From: a virus
Taxonomy: Duplodnaviria; Caudoviricetes
Reading direction: 5' to 3' (one strand)
Length of the DNA stretch: 64,000 nucleotides
Virus record (IMG/VR): IMGVR_UViG_3300007754_000852
Positions 27,710 through 38,700 of the stretch are shown here, piece by piece. Position 1 is the first letter of the stretch. Every line of letters starts with the position of its first letter. The notes beneath the pieces were generated by a model that worked only from the letters and a program-made list of their open reading frames with translations, was not told where the DNA came from and searched no databases. The translations under genes and the position numbers were made by a program.

Positions 27710-30280
27710 CTATCTCTCAATCCTTACTGTTATCGGAGTTGATGTCGCTATGTCTCCAACTCTTCCATCTAACATCACAGGTCTCACCTCATAGTGAACA
27801 GTTCCCTCATATCCCTTCATGTCTCTATCAATAAATACATATGAACCGTTGTTATTTACGTTATGACAAGCTCCTGCGATAAATCTACCGTCAGGTCTCA
27901 CTGACACGACAATAAAGCAGTCTATCATGTTGCTATTTCCACTAACAGACCACTCAACTAACACACCTTTCTGTCCCACCTGTGTGGCCATCGGTGAACT
28001 AACAACAGAAATCCCTCCAGACAGATCGACATCAATCTCAAAAAAGTCACCGGTCGAATCCTTTTCAAATCTATCTTGTGCTGTCGACTCACTAAGAGCT
28101 GATCCGTATGCCAAGGTTCCTCTCTTGAATGAGATCCTGCTATAGAACTTACCAGAAAAGTTGGGATCAATCTCCTCATCTGATGACATAGATAGCCTGG
28201 CTGCTGGATTATCTATCTCTGACTGCGTCATCTCTGATTCAGAAAGTGATGACTTTATCTCCTCAATTAGCTCAAGAGGTGACCTCATTAATGCCGTTGC
28301 TCGATACGTGTATTTTCTACCAGAGGAAGGACCTATCTCTGCATCGTTATCAGTTACATTTCCTCCGAGAAATACGCCTAAGTTAACTGTCTCACCTGAC
28401 GTCTGATCAAACCTCTCTACATTAAACACGATAACATTCTTGAGGCTATCTTTGATCTTCTCTACGTCATCTTGAAAGAGATCTGACAGTCCTGCACTTT
28501 GAATTGCCTCTACGAGAAAGTCTGTTGCAGAGTCAATTTGCTGACCTGAGACGGTAAACGAAACACTATGGCTAGCTGATCCATTATCCTGCGATGTTGT
28601 TACGTCTGTTATACCAACAGTTGCTAGCCCAGTGGGTCTTGTGTATTTTTGAGTTCTTGATGATGATGAGAGCTGTTCAATCCCATTTCGATATCTAAGC
28701 ATGCAGCGATACTCATATGTTCGATCTGCTTTGACAAGATTGTCACTCATAGAAATTCTATCTGAGGTATTAAACACACCAGGCGTATTTCCCAAGCCTT
28801 TCTCTAAGAGAAGGTCACGCTGATAGATGCTTTCATATGTTCTTTGATTGACTGTCAGGTCTCTTCTCATTATCTCAATCGATGAAACTGTCTCAGGAAT
28901 GTCCCTTACAGACACAAAGATGCTATCGTTAGTGCATGTCGTATATATCGTACAGTGATATCTTAAAAATCTTCCTCTTGATATTGATCTTGAGGAAAAA
29001 TTTCCTAAAATCATACCGTCTGGTAGCTTCTGAACTGCCCTGTAGACAGACATACCTGACCTGTTTCCCTTTCCGGACACCTGTGTAGACGTATATACAG
29101 AAGGATGAAGAGGTCTTTCATCGTCAGATGAAATCGTTAATTTAGCAACGTATCCGCTATCAAGAAGGGATCCTGTCTCACTTATATTTCTCACAAATAA
29201 CATCATACCGCTTGCATTCACATCATTAACTGCAATCTTTACAACATCGCTTCCGTTTTCAGATGTTGATGATCTTAGAACTGGATCAGATTCAGTTATA
29301 GTAAAGTCTAGTGAATGCTGTTTAGGCTGTAGCTCAAACTCCTTTGTTTCAAGCGTGATGTTCTTGCTATTTATCATATCAACTGAAACATTTAATAGTG
29401 CAGAGGAGTTTATCTGCCAGCTTGACAGAGAAAACTTGATATTTAGATCCTTTATTCTTTTATTAGATACCGTTAAGATCGGTATCTCATGATCGCTTGC
29501 ATAGTCAGCAGCGCTATTTCTATTTGAGTGACTTCCTTCAAGACTTGTGATCATCGCTGTTCGAAGCTGGTCAATATAGTATCTTCCCGTTGAGGATCTT
29601 GTAACGCGAGATGTTCCTTCCATTGAATTTTCAATCGTAGATATTCTAGCCTTTTTATTTAAGGATGACCCTGGATCAACTCCTGCATTTAGCATCATCT
29701 TAAAGCTTCTAGAAAAAGATTGATCCTTAACAAGACTAAGATTGTCTAGGTTTAAAGAGTGACCAGAACCGTTTATCCTTTCCTCTACGCCGTTACTTAG
29801 GACCCTTTGTATGGCGGGATAGTTGCTCGAATTTAACAATGATGACGGTGTTCTAAGAGATGATGATCTCTTCGTTCCAAACGCCTCCTCGTCACTAAAC
29901 ATGTGAAGGTTTCCAGCGACAGAATTGCTCACAATTGTTGTAAGATCAACATTCTTCCTTAGAAGAACATCCTTATCACTATTTGTTAATATCTCTTTCT
30001 TTGTGTCTGATGATGAATTAAGAACAGCATCGATGACAGCCGACGTGTCCTGGCCGTCGACACCGTCAAACATTCCGGCTGCTGTCTCTGTCTTGTTATT
30101 TTTAATCGACATCCTTGCCGTTGTGATTCCACCCTGTATTATGTTTCTTGCATCAACCTTAAACGTCACAACATAGTTAAAAAATTGAATATCGTTCTCA
30201 TCCGAGCTGATTGATTCAATTTCAGCCCTGCCTGTGTCATTTTTAACAAAAAAGCTTGATGCTACATCCTTGATAATCAT
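27710..30280 (-). CDS. Large hypothetical virion protein, beta-rich with Fn3-like segments
   Basis: 856 aa with TYEYRC, KYTYRAT and VHYEVRPV Fn3-like strands. Confidence 0.6.
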   Translation of the reverse strand: MIIKDVASSFFVKNDTGRAEIESISSDENDIQFFNYVVTFKVDARNIIQGGITTARMSIKNNKTETAAGMFDGVDGQDTSAVIDAVLNSSSDTKKEILTNSDKDVLLRKNVDLTTIVSNSVAGNLHMFSDEEAFGTKRSSSLRTPSSLLNSSNYPAIQRVLSNGVEERINGSGHSLNLDNLSLVKDQSFSRSFKMMLNAGVDPGSSLNKKARISTIENSMEGTSRVTRSSTGRYYIDQLRTAMITSLEGSHSNRNSAADYASDHEIPILTVSNKRIKDLNIKFSLSSWQINSSALLNVSVDMINSKNITLETKEFELQPKQHSLDFTITESDPVLRSSTSENGSDVVKIAVNDVNASGMMLFVRNISETGSLLDSGYVAKLTISSDDERPLHPSVYTSTQVSGKGNRSGMSVYRAVQKLPDGMILGNFSSRSISRGRFLRYHCTIYTTCTNDSIFVSVRDIPETVSSIEIMRRDLTVNQRTYESIYQRDLLLEKGLGNTPGVFNTSDRISMSDNLVKADRTYEYRCMLRYRNGIEQLSSSSRTQKYTRPTGLATVGITDVTTSQDNGSASHSVSFTVSGQQIDSATDFLVEAIQSAGLSDLFQDDVEKIKDSLKNVIVFNVERFDQTSGETVNLGVFLGGNVTDNDAEIGPSSGRKYTYRATALMRSPLELIEEIKSSLSESEMTQSEIDNPAARLSMSSDEEIDPNFSGKFYSRISFKRGTLAYGSALSESTAQDRFEKDSTGDFFEIDVDLSGGISVVSSPMATQVGQKGVLVEWSVSGNSNMIDCFIVVSVRPDGRFIAGACHNVNNNGSYVFIDRDMKGYEGTVHYEVRPVMLDGRVGDIATSTPITVRIER

Positions 30281-31398
30281 CAGTCAATCACCATCGTAAA
30301 GATATTCACAAACGTTGGTATCCTTGCTGTGTTAAGAAATACCTTTCCAATAAAAAATACACGCTTATTAGACCTAAATCCTGGAAACGGAGTCCTTGCT
30401 ATGTTAAATTCACCAAAGTCGATCACGTCTAGCTTTGTAAACTTGCTTCCTGCAACCTCAAACATCTGCATGACAATGTTATTTTGATCTGACGTCTTTT
30501 CAAACACGATATCTTTTCTCTCTCGAGAAGATGCTTCAGTTGTTAGTGAGACAGAAAGATTCTCCATGGCAACATCTTGCATCAGCTGTTTATGATATTG
30601 TAATCCTGATCCGCCTGTAGATCCTTCTGTCTCATTAGACATTTCATTTATAGCCGTTTCTTGATCTATCACACTAGTCTCTGACTTCTCTAGTTCCATC
30701 ATCAGATCGAAATACGACATGTCATCAGCCTGATTTAAATTCTCAAACCTCCCAAGCCTTCTAGAGTCAAACGGACCTGAGCCCGGCACAACAGGCGGAA
30801 GAAACTTAAATTGATCAAGATGTGACAACCTCTTGTCTAAAAAAAACGGTTCAATGGTGTCGACATCTGCCTCAGTTACGTCACCTGATGAGAAAGGCCT
30901 TGAGTTGTCAATTGTGAAGCTTAGCCTCTCTGTATTAAGCTTTAGCTTCTTATCTAACTCAAATGTTGCCCTAGACCCTATTGAGTATAGATCGTCAAAG
31001 TGATCTGCAGACGAGCTAACAATTCCTGCAGACAGGCTTGCAAAGTCACCCTTTCCACCTGACACGAACAGATAATCAGCTAGATTCTCACCTGTGGACG
31101 ACTTATCAAACACGCTGTCTCCCACGAGAGATGTATGAGAGTCGATCTCATAACCAAGTAGATCACCACTATCATCAGTCTCAAATGTTATCATGTCCTG
31201 ATGCTGATTGGTTGCCTCAAAATAGATCCTCTGGGTCGCATCGGCTGATCCACTTGCTATGTCAGGCCTATAGAATGTTGATGAGTCAGTAAATGATGCG
31301 AACTCTATTCTCATCTTACCGCTTGCCATTTGACGTCGACCTATCTCAGTCACAAGAACATCCATTATTCTAGACTTATTATCTAAGATTCCTGCCAT
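30280..31398 (-). CDS. Virion structural protein, paralog of 20401..21102
   Basis: N-terminus MAGILDNKSRIMDVLVTEIGRRQMASGKMRIEFASFTD. Confidence 0.6.
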   Translation of the reverse strand: MAGILDNKSRIMDVLVTEIGRRQMASGKMRIEFASFTDSSTFYRPDIASGSADATQRIYFEATNQHQDMITFETDDSGDLLGYEIDSHTSLVGDSVFDKSSTGENLADYLFVSGGKGDFASLSAGIVSSSADHFDDLYSIGSRATFELDKKLKLNTERLSFTIDNSRPFSSGDVTEADVDTIEPFFLDKRLSHLDQFKFLPPVVPGSGPFDSRRLGRFENLNQADDMSYFDLMMELEKSETSVIDQETAINEMSNETEGSTGGSGLQYHKQLMQDVAMENLSVSLTTEASSRERKDIVFEKTSDQNNIVMQMFEVAGSKFTKLDVIDFGEFNIARTPFPGFRSNKRVFFIGKVFLNTARIPTFVNIFTMVID

Positions 31399-31414
31399 CT
31401 GACCCTCGTAATGA

Positions 31415-31422
31415 TAACTATC
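31415..31422 (-). promoter_or_regulatory. Candidate late-promoter motif GATAGTTA
   Basis: In the 31-bp gap upstream of 30280..31398. Confidence 0.35.
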
Positions 31423-31429
31423 CCCCTTA

Positions 31430-34400
31430 TTAAATTAGAGCGACATATTCCTCTTCTACATCCATCTCTTTAGACCTATTTCTAAACATACCGTCATAGT
31501 AAGGAACAGATGATGTGCACTCAAAGCTAAGATTAGAACACTGTGTATCACCAGGAATAACGGTCTCTGCTGATGACTCCTTGACAAAATCAACCTTGAC
31601 GACAGCTGGCTGGAGGCCTGGTGATTGCTCTGACTCCTCATCTTCTGATGCTGTTTCCATGATGTAGAACTTACCATCTTGACGTTGCTCAAGCATATCT
31701 CTAAACTGTCCGTATCTATTCCATCTAAAAACCGCACTTGAAAACTGCGGATCTATATTTTGTATTCCATAGCTAAAGCCTCTTGCTGAACCTGATATTC
31801 CACTATCTACGTCTGTCATTGGTGTTACAGCCTGTTGATCATTAAAGTCTGTTAAAACACTTCCCTTTCCTGTTTCAAATAGCATTCTCTTGGCAGCTAT
31901 GGCATTGATAAAAAGTCCTGTCGTAATATTAATAATATTCTCACCAGCAAGAAAAATTCCCTGTAACTCTGCCGCTGCGGATGGAGGTTGTTCTGGTGAT
32001 AACGTTGAATCTGGTAGTGGTGTTGCTGAGTTGAATATTTCTCCCCAGCTTTCGGGATATCGCTCTATGTTGTTGTCAAAGGGTAATTTCATTCTATTTC
32101 CATTCAGCTGTAGAACAACTGATCCAGTTACAAGAAGCATGTTTCCAACCATTCCATCATATCCAACAGAAATAGAATTTCCAATTCTTGGTGTACCTGC
32201 ACCCCCATATGTTACAAGATACTCATATATGTCTGGAAGAAAAGTATCATAATATCTCTCACTTCTAGAAGATAATCTAACAAATCTCTGCATAGATCCA
32301 CTGCCATAATATGTCTTTGTTCCGGAGCTGCCCTTAGGATTCGCTGTGCCGGATGAAAAACTTCCCATTACTGTTCTAGTAAAATCAAGCTGTTCTCTTA
32401 GTAGCTTTCCTCCATCTTCTCTAATGCCTTTTGTACCATTTGTTGTACCTGTTGCATGAATATTTCCAACAACATAGTTGTCAACATATGTTCCTATCAT
32501 CTCATCTCTGGTTGCGATATCATACTGATCAACAACAGGCTCACCTAGTATTGCCTCATGTATTGCATTAGATGTAAGATTCTGGTTTAGCGTCTCATGA
32601 TACTCCTTGCCTTCCCTGACAAGGGAACCAAACATCGTTATACTTGCACGGCCTCCGTTTACCTCTCGAATGTTGCTGTGTAGCTGGGGTGTGCATATGT
32701 TCATCCTGCTACCTGTAACAGTATAGAAGTCTTGAAAGTATGTCATTCCTATACATGCTTCAAGACCGAACACTAGCTCATCCTCTGGAAATAAAAGATA
32801 TGGACCCTTTTCTTGCAGCGAGCCTGTTGACATAGAATCAAATCCAATTTTATCAAATGTTGAATAAATATCTGGATGCTGTTCAAGCCTGTGGCTGCCT
32901 CCAAAGGGCCTATTAACCCTTGGGTCGATTTTAAGAAGACCCATGCTTCCTGATATTTTTTGTATTGGAAGCTGTGGATCATTGTGCTCATTTACACCTC
33001 TTATATCTTTGCCTGGATAAAAATCGTATGTATGCTGTCCAAATACTGTAAATGCATCGGTATCTTTACCTCCGACGGGCTCACGACTATACGATGGATT
33101 GTCAATTCCTACCCTAAATGCATCACAAGATGTTCCTCCGGGCCAATAATTAAATAAATGTGCATTTCCATTAACAAGCTTATTGTCTCCGCTCCCACCG
33201 GCCATAGTATACCCTGCACTAGAGTCTGGAACATAATGATGGCCGTGGAAGCTTGGTGCAACAACAGCGGGCTGTATTTCCATTCTAACAGATCCAGTAA
33301 ACGTTCCGCTTACCAAAAAATGAGAATGCTGATTATTTATTGAGTCGACACCGACAAGAGGATCAACTGTAAATTTATGACTAAATGCAGAGCCGTTAAA
33401 TGGTAAAAAGTTATAAGAAAGAACTCCAGGTGGGGAGAAACTATCGGGATCCATGCTTAAGGGCCTTACATTTAAAACGCCAGTATTGTAAAACGTCATA
33501 ACACCGCTGCATATTAAAAATCTATGGCTTCCTGACACTCCGTAGTGCGAGTCTCTTCCACCTAAGCTTGCTGTAACAGCAGTACCAGATGAGTGCGTTT
33601 TTGGTGCGTGGTCATTATTTCCACTATACTTCCCTCTTGCAAATGGCTTTCTCTGTTGCCTGTATACAAAAAATACATAATCTTGTTGTGGAACTTGATT
33701 GGCTCCATCAAGACCTTTTTCATGAACTGGCACTACACCAGATGTATTACTTCCTGTTCCATGAACCTGTCTTTGTGCCATGACAGGCAATTCAATAACA
33801 AGCTTCTCAAGCATAAATGGTGATGATATATAATCTGACATTTTGAGACACTGACTAGACGTTGCATGATATCTTGTGTCAAATGGTGCCATTCCTGTTA
33901 TAGTTGGATACCCTGCCCTTCGATAGTTCTGTGCAGGTAAGACAATATTAAGAGGATCCAGGGATGTATTTGCTTGCGAAGCCTGGTTTGGCGTAAATTG
34001 AAACGGGAAGCTAGTCGAACCAGATATCATATCATTATTGTTGGTTGCAAACTGACCTTCCGCATGCCAGGCCCAGTCATACTGTAAAGGTGTCTGTGAT
34101 GCAGGATCAATATTGCCTGTATCTTCCCATCTTTTTAGATCCCAATTATAGTATGAAAACCCAGTTATGTCACGATCTGCAAATTCACTGCTGGCAGTAA
34201 CAAATTTATCTCCTCCTGCACCGTCTGAGTGTCTTGAAAATCTTGTGCTATAGTGCGCTGTGGGTGCGTTGTGTGTGATATCAATTCTTATCTGTGTCTT
34301 ATCCTTGAGCGGGCTTGAAAATCCAAGAACTTGCTCGGGTGATGTTCCTGTTAGGTAAAATGCACTTTCCGATAAATAAATTCTGCTATCAACAAACGGT

Positions 34401-34753
34401 GTAATTGTTTCAGGTGCGGCACTGCCAGGAATAATACTTTGAGATATCAAGCTTGATACAAACGATGTTCCGGCAGACATCGATGAAAATGTTTCAATTG
34501 TTCCGGTCAGGCCTTGTATCATTTGACTGTTTCTTGGAAGAAGCTGCGGATATAATACATTACTGCTTCCTGTAAACACTATTGTATTTGCATCATTAAA
34601 TGTTGATGACATGAATCCCATTCTATCGTGATCGCCAGTTCTTCGAATGACAGGATATGACCCTGTTCTATTATCCTCTATCCTTATTTGTAACCTGGGA
34701 GGTATTCCAAGAAATCTTGTCTGTGTTCCGCTAATTATGTCAATACTGCTCAT
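31430..34753 (-). CDS. Large hypothetical baseplate/tail protein
   Basis: 1107 aa, rich in [S/T]GS, within the baseplate block. Confidence 0.6.
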   Translation of the reverse strand: MSSIDIISGTQTRFLGIPPRLQIRIEDNRTGSYPVIRRTGDHDRMGFMSSTFNDANTIVFTGSSNVLYPQLLPRNSQMIQGLTGTIETFSSMSAGTSFVSSLISQSIIPGSAAPETITPFVDSRIYLSESAFYLTGTSPEQVLGFSSPLKDKTQIRIDITHNAPTAHYSTRFSRHSDGAGGDKFVTASSEFADRDITGFSYYNWDLKRWEDTGNIDPASQTPLQYDWAWHAEGQFATNNNDMISGSTSFPFQFTPNQASQANTSLDPLNIVLPAQNYRRAGYPTITGMAPFDTRYHATSSQCLKMSDYISSPFMLEKLVIELPVMAQRQVHGTGSNTSGVVPVHEKGLDGANQVPQQDYVFFVYRQQRKPFARGKYSGNNDHAPKTHSSGTAVTASLGGRDSHYGVSGSHRFLICSGVMTFYNTGVLNVRPLSMDPDSFSPPGVLSYNFLPFNGSAFSHKFTVDPLVGVDSINNQHSHFLVSGTFTGSVRMEIQPAVVAPSFHGHHYVPDSSAGYTMAGGSGDNKLVNGNAHLFNYWPGGTSCDAFRVGIDNPSYSREPVGGKDTDAFTVFGQHTYDFYPGKDIRGVNEHNDPQLPIQKISGSMGLLKIDPRVNRPFGGSHRLEQHPDIYSTFDKIGFDSMSTGSLQEKGPYLLFPEDELVFGLEACIGMTYFQDFYTVTGSRMNICTPQLHSNIREVNGGRASITMFGSLVREGKEYHETLNQNLTSNAIHEAILGEPVVDQYDIATRDEMIGTYVDNYVVGNIHATGTTNGTKGIREDGGKLLREQLDFTRTVMGSFSSGTANPKGSSGTKTYYGSGSMQRFVRLSSRSERYYDTFLPDIYEYLVTYGGAGTPRIGNSISVGYDGMVGNMLLVTGSVVLQLNGNRMKLPFDNNIERYPESWGEIFNSATPLPDSTLSPEQPPSAAAELQGIFLAGENIINITTGLFINAIAAKRMLFETGKGSVLTDFNDQQAVTPMTDVDSGISGSARGFSYGIQNIDPQFSSAVFRWNRYGQFRDMLEQRQDGKFYIMETASEDEESEQSPGLQPAVVKVDFVKESSAETVIPGDTQCSNLSFECTSSVPYYDGMFRNRSKEMDVEEEYVALI

Positions 34754-35727
34754 CTCTTCAATCCTGCAAATGCAATTGAATCAGTTCCAAGAACTGTGCT
34801 GCATCCTGTATCGCTTCCGGTTACAGATATCTCTCTAAAGATAAACCCTGCTGTTGCAGACTTAAAACGTGTTCCATACGGACCTCGATCTCTAAAGCTA
34901 CCTGATATGCTCTCTATCATTAGAGAACCGCTTGCGCCTGTTGAGTGATCATCTCCTATTGCTAGCTTTGGAAATAACCCTTGTGAATCATCAAATGGAA
35001 TGACATTTGACCTAAATGATGACACAATTCCAGGCTGAAATAGATACGCAAAGCTTCCAGATATCTGCTCATTGGAGCTGCTGGCAGGTATTGCAATAGA
35101 ACCCGTCTGTATTCCTGGCAGCCTTGGACCGGATAACCCCTCAGATGACTCAAAATATGCAGACTTAGTAACTGGGCTGAATTCGATCCTTTGTGAGATC
35201 ATGACACAGTCTCTATTGGCATCCTGTGTTGCGTCTGACTGTAAGGAGGCACGTATTTTATGAGACACAAACGGAGATTCTATTGACGCACCGACAAGAC
35301 CTGCACGTATTGCGAGAGGCTCAATAACACCGTCCATCTGACCTGGGTCGAGAAAAAACGGTGTTGACAGCACAACTGGATATTGCTCACCGCCTGCATC
35401 GTTAATATAATCTTCTGGATTAACCTTTCCAATTATGTCAATAAATGGAGACGGAACTCCGTCTGGCCCTGGATCCTCATGAAGCTTTGGTTGGCCATAT
35501 AGAATGGTCTTCATCTCATGACTAAATCTATCACCAGTCCCGTCAGGAAACTCTCCACCCATGATTATGGGGCTTAGGCTCTGTCTATAGTCACTAAAGT
35601 CTCTAACACTGACACCCTGCCTAAATTGATCAACAGAGTTTCCAAGAGAGCTAGAGACAGCTGTTGCACGAGATATGATCCTGTTTACATCACGTATTCC
35701 TCGATCTCTAAACGGTACAATTGCCAT
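34750..35727 (-). CDS. Hypothetical baseplate/tail protein
   Basis: 325 aa, rich in [S/T]GS, GGAG RBS. Confidence 0.6.
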   Translation of the reverse strand: MAIVPFRDRGIRDVNRIISRATAVSSSLGNSVDQFRQGVSVRDFSDYRQSLSPIIMGGEFPDGTGDRFSHEMKTILYGQPKLHEDPGPDGVPSPFIDIIGKVNPEDYINDAGGEQYPVVLSTPFFLDPGQMDGVIEPLAIRAGLVGASIESPFVSHKIRASLQSDATQDANRDCVMISQRIEFSPVTKSAYFESSEGLSGPRLPGIQTGSIAIPASSSNEQISGSFAYLFQPGIVSSFRSNVIPFDDSQGLFPKLAIGDDHSTGASGSLMIESISGSFRDRGPYGTRFKSATAGFIFREISVTGSDTGCSTVLGTDSIAFAGLKR

Positions 35728-35741
35728 CTAACACAACTCCA

Positions 35742-38700
35742 TCACTCAGCATTTAAAAGTGCCTCGAGGACATCATCCTCAACACGCACACCTCTCGCAT
35801 CAACATCTCTCTCAAATCCTTGCAGATATATCTCATCAAATAAGTATCTAAACCTGTGTCTTTCAAGAACGTGTGACTCGATAACAAAATTAATTCCCAT
35901 AAACTTTGTCTTTCTTGGAATCACCTGCTCAATTAAAGATCCAAGCGCTGTATCAAACCACTTGAAGAAGTCAAAAAACGCCTGAACGTTTAGCTTCTTT
36001 TCAAGCCTGTTAAAGTAAACCTCTCTCATATAATCTAAATCAGGATATGTCTCGTCAAATAGAAGATTTGGCTTTCCTAAGGCATTATCAAAAAACTCTA
36101 AAGATGAGAAAAGGCTCATGATGTCCTCATTTAATGCCTTCATTGCAGAATAGTCTATTGTAAACCTCGTATCATCATCTGGAATTTCACTTGGTGTAAC
36201 ATCGAATACAGGTGACGTTGTAGCATATGAGTTATCATCTAGATACGATACATCGCTATATCCTCTTACTCGCACCTTTTCATCTGACTGACCTACATCA
36301 AAGCTAGGAGATAGCATGCTATAGTAAAACGTCTCAGGTCTTATGACTGACTTATTTGTCTCAAATCCAGATGCAGAAAAGTTAATTGAATTTTGAGAAA
36401 AATCAACAAGTGCTATATCTCCAGAACCATTTGAATTTGTAACAGCCTGGTCGGTTGAACAGTCAAGTCTCAGCCTGCCAAAAGCTCCCGTCGGCTCTGT
36501 CATAAAGTTAAAGTTTGACATAGGATCACTAACGCCGAGAGACTTAAAGTTCCTTACGTGTTCGCGCCAGTCAGCATCTGACAGCCCCTTGGACCAAAAT
36601 CTGATGTGACCTACCTTTCCAGCAAACTCTGTATTTAGATTTTCAATTCCAGAGTTGACACCAACATTCAGACAGTAGTTATTTGTCGTATCTTGTGATA
36701 TTGACTGTGATCCGACAACAAGAAACGGCCCTGAGCTATTGTAGCTAGACCCGTGCGCCTGAAAGAGATTTGAAGCAGGCGTGCCTACAGATGTTTCCTG
36801 GAAGAATGATGACGTGCTAAAGTATTCCTTTGCCTTTCCGAACGACTGTCTTCCACACCTAAGAAAATATGATGAGGATGACGCAGCACCTATCTCATCG
36901 CACCTATTTCTTCCAAATGACACGCTCCACTGATTTCCGTCAAATATATTCACACCTGTTAATGATAATGTGAATACTGGTTCATTAGTTGAGCCTATAG
37001 ACGGTCTTACAAATAATTTTAGCCCTGATCCGCTTGATGTGACATTGTTCTGTGCACCTGAGAGAACAATCAGGTTTGATAGAACCAATCCTGATCCTGA
37101 CGCTGGTGAGGTTGAACCTGTCGTGTGAATTCTAATAAGGCTCTGTGTAACAGGATACTCATTCTTTATAGGGAACTTATATATTGCCTCATATGTGAAC
37201 GATCCCGACGTGAAAAAACCGTCACCTGGTTCATTTGAGATGCCATGGAGAAACTTTCCGGCATCATCATTTATATCAAGCATTGTGCCCTTTGGCTCAG
37301 GAAATCCTGCCTCTATTCTTGAACTAGATAAGAATCCAGATACTAAATGTGGTGTTATAAACGAGCCTGTTGAAGAACCGAATCCTTGTTGGCTTAGATC
37401 AAGAATCTCATGCTTAGGGGACCATGAAAAGCTTCCAGAAAAGTCTATCATAGAGGAAACATCGGACGTTTTCTGACGTCTGTTCTTTAAAGAGAATCGT
37501 TTTGGTCCTCCATACTCTCTTATTGAAAAAACCTTGTCAGGATTTATTCCTGCTGCTCTCATTATTGACTTAACACTATGAATTGTCCCCTTTGACTGCG
37601 CTATATCCTTTATGTTAATTAAGATTCTCTTCCATATCTGATTTTGGATATATGAAAGAGACTCGCTAGAGAGGCTTTGATTAGTTTTAATGTTTTCTCC
37701 TCTAGAAAATTGCTCAAGAGGAGTGTTTGAATATATTGACGGTAGATGAAATCCATAGTATTTTGCAACAAATGGCAAAAATTTATCTGTAACAGAGTCA
37801 GCACTATCATAATCAGTATGGATAACTGAAGAAAAGTGATCAATAAACACCTTTAGTTCATCAAAAAACTTAGCCCAAATTAAAAGAAATGATGTTAATA
37901 ACTGAGCTGATCCTATCTGCCCTGATCCCGGTATTGACTTTCCTAGATATGGTTCTCCTATCTGTCCATCCTCATTGTCCATTCCTTCATCTACCTGACC
38001 CTCTAAAAGATGATGTTTGGGAATAAGTCGAGTAATAAGATTTGGATTTTCAGAATCATAGTTGCTAGCTGATGACAATAATGTTGAATTTAAATTTGCA
38101 ACTTTTGAATATTCAGGAAAGAGGATTGGTGATATATTTTTATCCTCTGCTGTCATTGGATTTGTCAATGAACCTGTAAGTCTTAGACTTGCAGTGAAGT
38201 TTGTTATTGAACTATGAAGAGAGTTTCCAGAGCTATCAATACAAACATTATTTATTCCGTATGTTCCTGTGTAATAAGGTTCATTAAGTTTAAAATATAG
38301 CTTAAGATCATTATCAGAAAAGATATTTCTAGTTCCATACAAGCCTTGACTTTCTGGTGTTCTAACATTGTGAAAAAATCTAAATTCATCAATTGCACCA
38401 GAAAATGTTTGCTGCGGTGTGAATATCGTCTTTTCTTCTCCAGGTAGATATCCTGTCTGGATGTTTTGAGCAGATCCAGATCCAATAGTTAAACTGCTTT
38501 GGTTTGTAAGAAGCCTTCCTGGTAGGGCAACATTAGATGAGCTAGCCACAAGAGACTGACTAACATAGATCATCAGCCTTCCCCTGTTGACTGATCTATC
38601 AAATACAGCACATATGTGATTCCACTTTCCCTTGTCTATAGATGCACTAGTTGCCAACCTAAGAGATCCTGAGCTTACTGCGAAAATCAAATCTGACGAT

